Assembly (NCBI GenBank): GCA_009602735.1
Contig: WELA01000805.1
Span: 156,879 to 220,878 of the forward strand
DNA from: Mesotaenium endlicherianum
Lineage: Eukaryota
DNA length: 64,000 bases
Reading direction: 5' to 3'
Numbering within the stretch: position 1 is the first letter of the stretch; each line of letters starts with the position of its first letter. A model generated the notes under the pieces. That model was not told the DNA's origin. It saw nothing but the letters and a program-made list of their open reading frames with translations, and ran no database searches. Of the stretch, positions 1 through 12,012 are shown in pieces. Position numbers and translations under genes: made by a program.

Positions 1-2323
1 AGGTATGTGGGAGTGAGCATCTAGCCAAGAAGAAGACTATGATGGAGTTTGGTGCACCACGAGCGAGCCTACGCGCTCAAGCCTTGTGAAGACTACTATC
101 GTCGCTTGATGGAGACTACAACTTAATGGATATGGACCTATGAGGAGGAGACCAAGTATAATGGGGCTGATATGTTCTGTCTAAGATGGAGATATATGAC
201 AAAGACCTGGACATGAAGCTAGGAGAATCAGCGCCTATACAAGCAAGCACAAGAGAGGCGTAAAATCTGGATTTGGACACTCGAGTGGTAAGCGCCTTAC
301 CTTCATGATGAGGGGGGGGAGTGTTATAGTTGTTTATAGTGCTTGTAAGTAAGGTCAAGCCAGTCCCATGAGTTCATATGTAACTAAGAGATGTGAAGTG
401 GAAAGAAGATTGAGAGCAAGTGCTTGGAAGATACTCAAATCTGTCCATGTTTGAGGGTTTTACGGGTAGGCGAGCGCGAGAGTAAATGTTGGCAGATTTT
501 GGCTACTTTTTGCCTACTTAGGAGAGAGTGGGTAATATTTTCACTAGAAGTCCTACATGATGTGAGAGGCCTAGTATGAGGCTTGCCCTGAGTCATAGTC
601 AAGTTTCAGAATTCAAGAATTAAGCATGTGCCATTTGTAGGCGCGGGAGCTTGATACGTGTTGCGCGCGTGTGCGTCCTACGAGCGTGAGGCACAAGGTG
701 ACGATCTCGTTTGAGTGTTAGACTTTGATCAGATTCTGAAATTTTGTGGAGAGGTAGTCCTATGGGTTTGGATTTAGAAAAAGTAATTTTTCTAATAAAA
801 ATATTAATTTAAGTCCTGACAGTGCCACATGGCGGTCTGCTAGACTGCCGTGCGAGCCACATGTGTGAGGCAAGGCGCAATCTGATTTCATGGTCTTAGA
901 CTCAAAATCAGTAGAAGCAGAGCATACCAGTGAGTTCAGAGGGGTGATAATATGTACATTGCACAACTTTCAGGCTAAAAATGTCAGAAAAAGTCGGAGG
1001 GGTGCCACTTGGCGTCTTGAGAGGTCACCACGAGTCACGCACACGAGTGAGAGAGTGCAATACCTCTACAAGGAGTATGGCTTAGAGCTAGAGGTAGCTA
1101 AGGGTACCAGAAGGTTCAAGAACATAGTGGAGTCAGGTTTATGATGTAATCTGGTCAAAATTATAAGAGCACCATGAGTAAGCCACATGGCGCGACGAGG
1201 AGTTGCCACTTGTCTAAGAGGGCGAAGAATGAGTATTTTGGCAATTTGGCGGACTATTATGCCTTGGATCCAGCTTTGGAGTATGTGGAGATGATGGAGG
1301 GAGTATGTTACAACCCTTATGAAGATATTGGCCTATTCCAAGACGAAGGAGTTGAAGACAAAGATGCATTTCTGCAAGGAGACGCCATGTGTGGAGCCAA
1401 TGTATGCGATGGAGCTTTCACTAAGTGGAGCAAGTTTGGAGTAATGAGTATCATCCTGGAGCCTCTTAAGACCTGCAACTTGTATAACATATGTGTATGT
1501 GTGTTTTTCTAGCGTATATGTGAGCTGGATTCCTCATCTGACGTTACTTATGCTTAGTATGTGCCGAGGACGTCGCATCTTGAGGAGGGGGATGATGTAA
1601 GGTTACCAAAGTGAAGTTTGTATCTTTCTAGCATTTTATATGCACGGATTGTTATTCAAGAAAACCTTTGGCCTTTATTTCAAGTCATTTGGACAAGTAT
1701 TGAGAAAGTTACGAATTTTGGGAGTTTTTTTGTGATTTTAGTGTCACAAATTCAATTTAGTGACAAGGACAGGTCCAGTGACGAAAACTTCGGTTGGAGT
1801 CCAGAAAGTAGGACATTGAATCATGAGGGTTCCAGATTCTACGTACGATTACGTAGAGTGCCAAAGTGATTGTGGAAATTCTAGAAACTTCGTGAGGAGT
1901 TAGTGGATTGTGTAGTAAAATATTCTAGAGCGTGATTGTGTGCATGTGAGTGTGCTAGTCTGTCCAACTAGGCAAGGTCACCTACATGGAAGGAGCCATA
2001 GGAGAAGGTTGTGGAGGTACCTTGCTAGAGAGAACACTTAGACTTATAGCATAAATGGGAAGCACAAAGAAGTGGAGGGAGTCTTGTCTTGCCTAGTCTA
2101 GTCTAGTGTAACCTTCTTATCTTGTACACGACTTTTCTTAAGAAAGTGAGTTCTTTTCCACTCCTCTCTCATGTAGCCCTCTAACTCTTGCAAGGGTGGC
2201 ATACCACCAGGCCACTCCACCTTGTTGTATGCAACTAGGAAAGGTCCTCGTGCACGCTTCCACTCGCGGGTGAGGGTGCGTGAGTGTGTATGGGCGCACT
2301 TCCCGCACCCCACTCCCCTTTCA
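1..2323 (+). mobile_element. 3' end of an LTR retrotransposon related to family A (A'); 3' LTR 1596-2323, PPT 1581-1595
   Basis: GAGGACGTCGCATCTTGAGGAGGGGGATGA followed by TGTAAGG at 1596 is identical to the PPT/LTR junction of element A (reverse complement of 4327-4363). The LTR ends in CCCCTTTCA at 2323, like the A LTR. The 5' part is outside the window. Confidence 0.8.
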
Positions 2324-2892
2324 AAGCCAGCGAGTCCCAAGCAAGCAAACAAATAGGGACACGAGCGGGCAGCTGCAGCACAGCAGCAGCCAACCCGCCT
2401 CGGGCAAGCAGAAACACAATACATGGGCGGCCAGTTGCGGCACTGCAGCCAGCCCACCCCGAGCAAGAAGAATAAGGGGGGCGGCCAGTTGCAGCACTGC
2501 AGCAAGCCAGCCAGCCCCAAGCACGCAAACAAACAGGGACACGGGGGCGGCCAGCTGCAGCACAGCAGCAGCCAGCCCGCCACAGGCAAGCAAAAACCCA
2601 ATACAGGGGCGGCTTGCTGCGGCACTCCAGCAGCCAGCCCGCCCCGGGCAAGAAGAAACACAACATGGGGGCGGCAAGCTGCAACACTGCAGCATGCCGG
2701 CAAGCCCCAAGCAAGCAAACAAACAGGGACACGGGCGGGCAGCTGCAGCAGCCAGCCCGCCCCGGGCAAGAAAAAACACAATACAGGGGCGGCCAGCTGC
2801 GGCACTGCAGCCAGCCCGTCCCAGGCAAGAAGAATAATGGGGTCAACCAGCTGCAACACTGCAAAAAGCCAGCCAGTCCCAAGCAAGCAAAC
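2324..2892. repeat. GC-rich minisatellite, ~60-bp monomers in a ~180-bp trimeric higher-order repeat (left part)
   Basis: Recurring GGGGCGGCCAGCTGCAGCAC...GCAGCCAGCCCGCCCCGGGCAAG. The marker CCCAAGCAAGCAAACAAACAGGGACAC recurs near 2336, 2516, 2706 and 2878. Confidence 0.95.
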
Positions 2893-3593
2893 TGAAAGGG
2901 GCAGAGTGCCCTAGTGGAAGCGTAGTAACTCACGAGGAAAGGAACTAGTTGCAATCATACTAAAAAGTGCAACGGATTGACATTTTGAGTAGCAAGAAAC
3001 TGCTCACAAATAATGTAGAATGAAAGGCCTTGTCATTACAAACCCGTAGATATTTACAGAAGTGAACACTGATAAGAAACAAAGAAATTATTCCTATTTA
3101 TAAATTTCTACCTAAGTGCTCCTCTCTACGAGGAAGCTACGAATTTTTCTAAGTGTTTGTCAAATCGTCCCTTCCAAAATATTCGTGAGTAAGCCAGATC
3201 AGTCTCATTTGACGTGTTGGGCCGAATTGACGTCTACATACATGCATCGACATTACTAGAATATTCTATCTTAGACGCGCTAGGCTAAACCGAAACTTCT
3301 AGGTCAATCGACCTAGTCGGCACTCCGCGTCAGCCAAACTTACGTGAAGGTTCGAGTTCATTCAAACCGGCCAGATCGCTCGACGCTGTCGGTTAATCCC
3401 ACGGTCGCGCTCACCGCGAATTAAGGACAGTCGTCAACCGACCTCAAAACTAATCAAACTTCGGAAATCCATGACTCTCTCAATACTTGACCAAATTCGA
3501 TGAACTTTATATCAGAATGACCACAACAATGCACTCTACACTACTATACAATCAAAACATACTTTCATGAAACTCAAAAATGCACTTCATAAA

Positions 3594-4314
3594 TGTAATG
3601 AATCAGTGTACTGGTCGATATAATATTCATTTAAATAATATAGTCAAATAAGTTCAGCCTGCTGAACTCTAGTTAACAATCAGTCTGCTGGACTTTATAC
3701 TTAATATCAATTTAATGACTCAGGCCGGAAGTAGCAGGCTGAGGTCACCTTAAGTCAGCTTGCTGACACATTCTTTGACAGCCAGCTGACTTCCGTGCTC
3801 GGTAGCAGCGAACTGCCTCGATATGCATCTAAGTGTGGTATGCTAGATGAATGGCCAGATGACATCCCTATGATGGATGGCGATTCGGGATGATGGGAGA
3901 TGGCGGTGGATTTGGTTAACCGAGGTCCTACCAACGTGGTTAACTCCCGGGTAGGCGGTGCCATCGCACTGACCGTTGAACAGTAAACTCATTCCATGTA
4001 CATACGCTAGACATTGCTCTCGAGTTCGGCATCCGGAGACGAGGCCAACTCTCTTGTACAGCGTACTGAGAGAGATCTGAATCCAAGGCAAGAAGCCGTT
4101 GATACGCACTGTCTTCTAACCTTGCTTATGTATGAGTTTACTGATTTGCATCATTGATGCTAGTTTACTCGCATTTGACTTACGAGTATTATTCCCTGCT
4201 AGTGTATTGTCCTTTGCCGTTAAACCACTTAACGGAAATACCATAAAGATTACTTGCTGATATAAAGATCTTTATTAATTGTTAATCGCCTATTTGGTAA
4301 GTCAATTCATTTCA
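3594..4314 (+). mobile_element. Solo LTR of family B inside the 3' LTR of A
   Basis: TGTAATGAAT...TCATTTCA. Flanks ATAAA/TTAAA (TSD with one mismatch). Homologous to 4755-5468, 24328-25045, 38651-39303, 41093-41808 and ~45542-46163. Confidence 0.93.
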
Positions 4315-4362
4315 TTAAACCTATGACCTTACATCATCCCCCTCCTCAAGATGCGACGTCCT

Positions 4363-7300
4363 CTACGCATTCTGCAAATAACGTCTCAACTTACTCTTAC
4401 AATGAGTCAAGTTGGCTTCTGGCTCCCAAGCATTGTCGTCCGCATGGTAGCCCTTCCACTTGACGAGATAGTCTTGAACAAGTCGTTGACCTCGCTTGAC
4501 TCATCAATCACCGACAATCGCCTCCACTTCATACTTCAATACATCATCGATCTCGACCGGTGGTGGCGGTGTAGGTAGTCGTCTTGGATGTCCTTCATTG
4601 GAATCAACGTATGGCCGCAAACAACTGACATGGAACACATCATGGATACGCCAGCCTGAAGGAAGTTCCAACTTGTAGGTCACTGGATTAACCTGCTTGA
4701 GCACCACGAAGGGACCTGTAAACCTTGCCCGCAATTTCCTTTTGCCTGTGAAAGTGTAATGAATCAGTATATTGGTAGGTATAATATTTATTTAAATATA
4801 ATAGTTAATTAAGTTCAGCCTGCTGAACCCTACTTAATAGTTAGTCTGCTGGACTTCATATTTAATATCAGTTTAAGAACTCAGCCGAAAGCAGCAGGCT
4901 GAAGTCAACTTAAGTCAGCTTGCTGACACATTCTTTGACAGCCAGCTGACTACCGTACTCGGTAGCAGCATCAACATGCATCTAAGTGTGATATGCTAGA
5001 TGAATGGCCAGATGACATCCCTATGATGGATGGCGATTCGGGATGATGGGAGATGGCGGCGGATTTGGTCAACCGAGGTCCTACCAACGTGGTTAACTCC
5101 CGGGTAGGCGGTGCCATCGCACTGGCCGTTGAACAGTAAACTCATTCCATGTACATATGCTAGGCATTACTCTCAAGTTCGGCATTCGGAAACGAGGCCA
5201 ACTCTCTTGTACAAGCATTCTGAGAGAGATCTGAATCCAAGGCAAGAAGCCATTGATACAAACTGTCTTCTAACCTTGCTTATGTATGAGTTTACTGATT
5301 GCATTGTTGATTCTAGTTAAATCGCATTTGACTTACGAGTATTGTTCACTGCTAGTGTGTGTTGTCCTTTGCCGTTTAACCAGTTAACAAAAAATACCAA
5401 AAGATTACTGCTGATATAAAGATCTTTATCAATTGTTAATTGCATATTTGGTAAGTCGATTCATTTCAGAAAGATAGGTCTTCTGTTGACAGAAGTACTT
5501 TGTCGCCCAAATGGAATGTTACTTCCCTCTGGTGCTTGTTAGCATGCTTGACCTGCTCCTCTTGTGCCTTCTAAATACACGTATTTGCCATGTTCCAAGT
5601 CTTGGCCATCTGCTCCATGAAAGCTTGTGTAGTAGGAACCTAAGTCTTCTTGGCCTCCTCCAACAAGATGTTTCCTGAATGATATACTTCTCTCCTATAA
5701 ACCATAGCGAATGGTGACTGCTTGGTCGATCCCTGCATGCTGTTGTTGTAGGCAAACTCCAATCTTGGCAGCTTCTTGTCCCACTCTGAAGGGTCCTCCA
5801 TAGTGAAACTCCTGAGCACCTCTTGCGGAGTTTTGTTGAGCCTTTCACTCTGCCCGTCTGTCTCAGGATGATAGGAAGTGCTCATACTCAGCTTGGTCCC
5901 CATCAAAGTAAACAATGACCGCCAAAAGGTGCTAGTAAACCTCGAATCCCGATCTGAAAGAATCACCTTCGGCAACCCATGTAGCCTGAAAATATGATCA
6001 AAGAATTGCCGTGCCACATTTGTTGCCGTAGAAGTCTCCTTCATGGGAATGAAGTGAGCCATCTTGTTGAGTCGATCAAATACAACCCAACCTGCATCGT
6101 GCCCTTGACCACTCACTGGTAACGACGTGATGAAGTCCATAGCAATCTGCTCCAAATGATACTCTGGAATAGGTAGGGGCTGCAATGGACCTCCCTTCTT
6201 TTGATTTGGTGTCTTCTTACGTTGGCACGCATCGCAACTCTTGATCCACTCCTCGATGTCCTTGTCCATATTTCTCCAATAACACTCCCGCTTTCGCACG
6301 CTTGCCGTCTTCTCGCTTCCAAAGTGTCCAGCATATAAACAGTCATGATGCTCCGCAAGTTGTAAGTCTCGTAGCTCCTTGATGTCAGGTACCACCACTC
6401 TCTTGGAATCACCATAATATCATATGCCGTCCTTCTTCTGCATACTCGAGTTGGACTCAGTTGCTCCACCATCAGCAAACTCTGGATCCTCCTCATAATC
6501 TCTCTGAAGCTTCTCCTTGAAGTCCATATTCTCCTTGATGACTGAGACAGCTGCAAGGTAACACCTCCAGGATAAAGCGTCTGCAGGGTTGATCTTCCCA
6601 AATAAGTACTTAATCTTGTGGTCGAACTGTTGCAGAACCTCTATCCACCTTGCTTGTCTCGGTGTCAACGTTGGCTGCGTCATGAACTTCTCCAAGCTCT
6701 TGTGGTCGATCTTGATCAACACCTTTCGGCCGTCCACATAACATCGCCAAATCCTCAAAGCCTGGATAATAGCCAACATCTCTCGCTCGTGTGCTGCATA
6801 GTTCTGCTCCGCAGGACTCAACTTCCTGCTCTCATATGCCACAGGCTGCAATCCCTTGCCCTGGTCCTGGAGAAGAATGGCTCCCACTGCAAAATTTGAT
6901 GCGTCCATGATGATGGTGAAAGGAAATTCTGGATTGGCGATTGCCAACACAGGTGCCTGTGTCAACAACTCCTTAATCTTCTCAAAAGTTTGCTGCTCCT
7001 TGTCACCTCATAGCCACTTCTCCTGCTTCTTCAACATGTCCGTGAGTGGTGCACACACGTTGGCAAATCCTTCAATGAAACGTCGATAATAATTTGCCAT
7101 GCCGAGGAAACTCCTGAGTTGATGAATATCAGCAGGAACTGACCAATCTCTGATTGCTTGCACCTTCTTCTGTTCCACCTTGACTCCTTCGGCTCCCACT
7201 ATGTGCCCAAGAAATTTAACTTCCTTGAGACAAAAGTCGCACTTGTTCATCTTTCCATACAGCTTCTGATCTCTCAAGACCTCCAACACCTTCCTTAGAT

Positions 7301-9657
7301 GCTCCACATGCTCCTCCAAGGTCTTCGAATAGATCAAGATGTTGTCCAAAAATACCACCACAAATTGGTCCAAGTAGGGTCTAAAGATACTATTCATGAG
7401 TCTTATGAATGTAGCAGGTGCATTAGTCAACCCAAAAGGCATGATTGAAAACTCGAATAAGCCATAGCGAGTCCTGAAAGCAGACTTCTGAACATCTCTT
7501 TTCGCAATCCGTACCTGGTGATAGCCACTCCTCAAATCAATCTACGAGAAATACTTCGCCCCGACAAGCCTGTCAATCAACTCGTCCACTTGTGGAAGTG
7601 GGTACCTGTTCTTGATGGTGATCTTGTTGAGTGCTCGGTAGCCGACACAAATCCTCATAGTCCCATCCTTCTTCTTCACAAATAAGACTGGCGCGGCAAA
7701 TGGAGACTCGCTGGGTTGGATGAATCCCTTCTCTAATAACTCTGTTAGCTGCTTCTTCAACTCATCCAACTCCGCAAACAATTGTGAATAAGCGGGTCTC
7801 ACCAGTGGCTTGCTCCCTGGTTCCAACTCGATCTTGTGCTCCATAGCTCTCTGTGGAGGTAATCCTGCAGGTAGCTCCTCAGGAAACACGCACTTGAACT
7901 CCTCCAACAGCGCCTTAATTTGGGCAGGCATCTCAGCAGGCTTCTTCGCTTGAGCAGTTGGGCTCTGCTCCTTCTGAGCAAGGGGATCACACACCACTAA
8001 TTGCTTCTTTGGCGATTTGCATTCGCCCAGGTTGTTAGGATTCACGCTTGCTCCATCTGATGACCTGGCCAGGGCCACCGAAACAAGGTACATCTCCTTC
8101 ACCTGATTCGCCCTGCATAGCTTCTTAACTTGCAGGCTCGACAAAAAACAATTACTTGTGGTCGTATCTACCTCCGCCTATTTCGCTGTCTCCATTCGTC
8201 CATCACGCCCTTGGACTTTCCCTTGTCCTGTGCTCCAGTGCACTTGAGGGTTGGCTTTCCTCAGCCATGGTCGGCCCAATATCACCTCATGGTGACCCAG
8301 CTCTGCCTGCTCCATAACTTCCTTACTCCGGTGCCCCACTACTTCCACGTGAATAGCTTCCGTAGGTGCACCACACTTGAGTCTCTGCCCATTTGCCAAA
8401 ATTGCCTCCTTAGGCTCATAATGCTTCTGCACAGGAATTTGCCACTCTTTCACCAGGTTCTTGTGCACAAAATTTGCACTTGCGCCACTGTCAACCGTGC
8501 ACTTGGCCTTGTTGCCGTTGACCACTCCTTCCACGATGATAGGCTTGTCAACATCTTGTCTTTCGCTTCTCGGCAGGCTCCTGGGGATAACCTCCTTGTG
8601 AATTCTCGTCTTCATGCCAGTAGACACCCCAGAACGACTTATTGGCGTCCTCCTTTTTCCTGCTTTTGAGGTTGCTTCGCCTTCACATGACAGTCTCGAG
8701 CTAGATGTCCAAGCTTGCCACAATTTTAGCAAGGTCCTCTCGGCTTGAAATTCTGTTGCTTGCGCTGGTACTGAACAAGTCCCAATTCTATAGGTACTGG
8801 ACCTTGAATACTCGTGCTTGGCGCTTGAGATCCAAAGTGTCGATATCCTCCAAAGTTGTGGCTGCCCCACTGCCTCTGACTAAACTCCACAGCGTCGACC
8901 CTTGTTGCCAATGCCATCATTTCTCCAAGACTGGTAGGGTCCTTGAGCGCCACTTCCTTGGCCACAGTTGGCTTGAGTCCCCTCTTGAACTTGTTCATCA
9001 TCTCCGACTCGTGCATGGATGGACATTGAAGCACCAGCTCGTTGAAGCGCGATACATACTCTTGAACGCTTCCTCGTTGACGAAGGCGCACCAATAGATC
9101 TCGAGCAGTAGCCTCGGGTGCAATAGGTTGAAATTGCCTCCTTAAGCCTTCAAAGAGCTGATCAACAGTAGCAGGTGCTCCAGACAGCTGCTCTTCTCGT
9201 TCATACCAAGCTCCAGCACTCTTCTGCAACAAAGTTATGTCAAAGGCGACTTGCCTGTCGGACGTGAGTGCAAAATAATCCATAAACTTCCTCACTCCCA
9301 AAATCCATTGATGAACAGGCGGCGATCTACGCTCTCCAGTATACACTTCAGGCTTAGGTGCACCCACTCCTGATGCGGGTGGAATAACTGGTTGCACTAT
9401 TGGGTTAACATGAATGGGTGGCACAACAGGTGCAAGTACCGAACTCGTCAAAGCGGCGTTCCCAACAACAACTGGCACCATTCTCTCCACCTCCGCGCGC
9501 ATACTCTATCGGGCGTAGACTTCTCCTCCAATTGCATTTGCCTTAGCATCGTCTGCATCTCTTGTTGCTCTCTGGTCATTGTTGGTGCTGCCTGCTGCCT
9601 CGCGCGCTCAACATGCTCAACATGTTCGCCTCCTCCAGCTGCCGACTGCGACTCCAT
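4363..9657 (-). pseudogene. Fragmented gag-pol of element A (gag, aspartic protease, RT, RNase H, integrase, chromodomain)
   Basis: ORF pieces: 8726-9502 gag (LRQRGSVQEY); 8178-8870 protease (VDSGAS); 7542-8144 and 7008-7535 RT ([12 protein letters not shown]); 6420-6968 RNase H (DAS, YESRKL); 5640-6398 integrase (HHCC, DFI, SDRD); 4363-4734 GPF/Y motif and chromodomain (YEVEAI...YLVKWKGY). Many stops and frameshifts. Confidence 0.95.
4755..5468 (+). mobile_element. Solo LTR of family B inside the integrase C-terminus of A
   Basis: TGTAATGAAT...TCATTTCA with perfect TSD GAAAG at 4750-4754 and 5469-5473. Confidence 0.96.
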
Positions 9658-10364
9658 AATATAGCATGCAAACTAGCCCAGCTTTGATACCAAATGAAAG
9701 GGGCAGAGTGCCTTAGTGGAAGCGTAGTAACTCACGAGGAAAGGAACTAGTTGCAATCATACTAAAGAGTGCAGCGGCATATCACTAAGAAAGCTTAGGA
9801 AAATTACTTGACATTTTGAGTAGCAAGAAACTGCTCACAAATGATGTAGAATGGAAGGCCTTGTCATTCATTACAAACTCGTAGAAATTTACAGAAGTGA
9901 AAATTGATAAGAAACAAAGAAGTTAATCTTATTTACAAGTTTTTGCCTAAGTGCTTCTCTCTAAGAGGAAGCTACGGATTTTCCTAACTGTTCGTCAAAT
10001 TGTCCCTTGCAGAATATCCGTGAGCAAGCCAGATCAGTCTCATATGACGTGTCAGGCCGAATTGGCGTCCACATACATGCATCGACATTACTAGAACATT
10101 CTATCTTAGACGCGCTAGGTTAAACCAAAACTTCTAGGTAAATCGACCTAGACGGCACTTTGCGTCAGCCGAACTTACGTGAAGGTTCGAGTTCATTCTA
10201 ACGGGCCAGATCGCTCGACGCTATCGGTCAATCCGACGCTCGCGCTCACCGCGAATTAAGGACAGTCGTCAACCGACCTCATAACTAATTAAACTTCGGA
10301 AATTCTTAACTCTCTCAATACTTGACCAAATTTGTTGAACTTTTTATAAACCTATGACCTTACA

Positions 10365-11240
10365 CAAACAAACAGGGACACGGGGGCGGGCAGCTGCAGC
10401 ACAACAGAAGCCAGCTCGCCCCGAGCAAGCAAAAACACAATACAGGGGCGGCCAGCTGCGGCACTCAAGCAGCCAACCCGCCCCGGGCTAGAAGAAACAC
10501 AACAGGGGGGCGGTCAGCTGCAGCGCTGCAGCAAGCCAGCCAGCCCCAAGCAAGCAAACAAACAGAGACACGGGCGGACAGTTGCAGCACAACAGCAGCC
10601 AACCCGCCCCGGGCAAGCAAAAACAAAATACAGGGACGGCCAGCTGCTGCACTGCAACCAGCCCGCCCCGGGCAAGAAGAATAAGGGGGGCGGCCAGTTG
10701 CAATACTGCAGAAAGCCAGCCAGCCGCAAGCAAGCAAACAAACAGGAACACAAGGGCGGCCAGTTGTAGCACAGCAGCAGCCAGCCCGCCCCGAGCAAGC
10801 AGAAACACAATACAGGGGCGGCTAGCTGCGGCACTGCAGCCAGCCCGCCCCGAGCAAGAAGAATAACAACAAGGGGGTGGCCAGCTGCAGCACTGCAACA
10901 AGCCAGCCAGTCCCAAGCAAGCAAACAAACAGGGACACGCGGGCGGCCAGCTGCAACATTGCAACAGCCAAGCCGCCCCGGGCAAGCAGAAACACACCAC
11001 AAGGGCGGCCAGCTGCAGCACAGCAGCAGCCAGCCCGGCCCGGACAAGCCAAAACACACCACGGGGGACAGCCAGCTGCAGCACTGCAGCAAGCCAGGCA
11101 GCCCCAAGCAAGCAAACAAACAAGGACACGCGGGCGGCCAGCTGGAGCACAGCAGCAGCCAGCTCGCCTTGGCCAAGAAGAAACCACAACAGAGGGGTGG
11201 GCAGCTTCAGCATTGCAGCAAGCCAGCCAACCCCAAGCAT
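10365..11240. repeat. GC-rich minisatellite with ~180-bp higher-order repeat (continuation after element A)
   Basis: Resumes in phase after the CAAAC TSD. The marker motif recurs near 10545, 10727, 10912 and 11103. Confidence 0.95.
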
Positions 11241-11454
11241 GTGGGGCCATATACAAGAGGGAAAAGGGGGGGAAGGGGGGGGCAACGGACCCATTAATTG
11301 AGGCGGATGACGGTGGCGCGTTAGTAGGCGCAAGGGTTGCTACCTTGCTCCTCTTGATCTTGACCTACCTGACGCAAATATCAAACAAAATAAAGATAGT
11401 ATATAGGGCAAAAACAAATAGGACACGGTAGAAGAGGGACAAGAACATCAAAAA

Positions 11455-12012
11455 AACAGCAACACGGGGGCGAGCAGCTGCAGCAGTGCAGCAGCCAGCC
11501 CGCCCCGGCTAAACCAACAAACAAGCAAGCAAGGGGTGGGCAGCTGCAGCAGCCCGCCCACCCCGACATAACCAAAGAACAAGCAAGCAAGGGGCAGCCA
11601 GCTACAGCAGCCAGCCGGCCCCGACTCAAGCAAAACGACACAAAAAACAGCCAGCAAGGGGCGGGCAGTTGCAGCAACCAACCTGCCTCGACTCAAGCAA
11701 GAACAAAAGAAAACAGCCAGCAAGGGCCTGGCAGCTGCAGCAGCCAGCCCGCCATAACTAAGGCAAAAATAGAAGAAAAGAGCTAGCAAGGGGCGGGCAG
11801 TTGCAACATTGCAGCAGCCAGCCCGCCTCAACTGAAACAAGAAAGGGGCAAGCAAGGGGCTGACAACTCGCCCCAACCAAAGCAAACAAGGGGCGGATGA
11901 CTGCAGCACTGCAGCAGCCAACCCGCCCCGACTGAAACAAGTAAGGGCCAAGCGAGGAGCTGGCAGGTGCTACCTAAAAAGTCGACAAAACGAGCAGGCG
12001 GCCGGCAGCAGC
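11455..12012. repeat. Second, more diverged sub-array of the same ~55-60-bp monomer
   Basis: Repeated GCAAGGGGCGGGCAGCTGCAGCAGCCAGCCCGCCCCGACT with A-rich linkers. No clear trimeric period. Confidence 0.88.

Larger units (their letters stand above)
2893..10364 (-). mobile_element. Full-length degenerate Ty3/gypsy chromovirus, family A
   Basis: LTRs 9695-10364 (5') and 2893-4333 (3', interrupted by a solo LTR). TSD CAAAC at 2888-2892 and 10365-10369. PBS TGGTATCAAAGC at 9681-9692 (tRNA-iMet type). PPT at 4334-4348. Domain order gag-PR-RT-RH-IN-chromodomain. Confidence 0.97.

Noticed and set aside
3755..3964. 69-aa ORF MAPPTRELTT... seen three times
   Set aside because: It is antisense within the repeated B LTR and broken in the other copies; recurrence reflects LTR copy number.
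2324..12012. CRISPR-like appearance of hairpin repeats with linkers
   Set aside because: Linkers recur every third unit instead of being unique, the repeats are degenerate, no cas genes are present and the context is eukaryotic.
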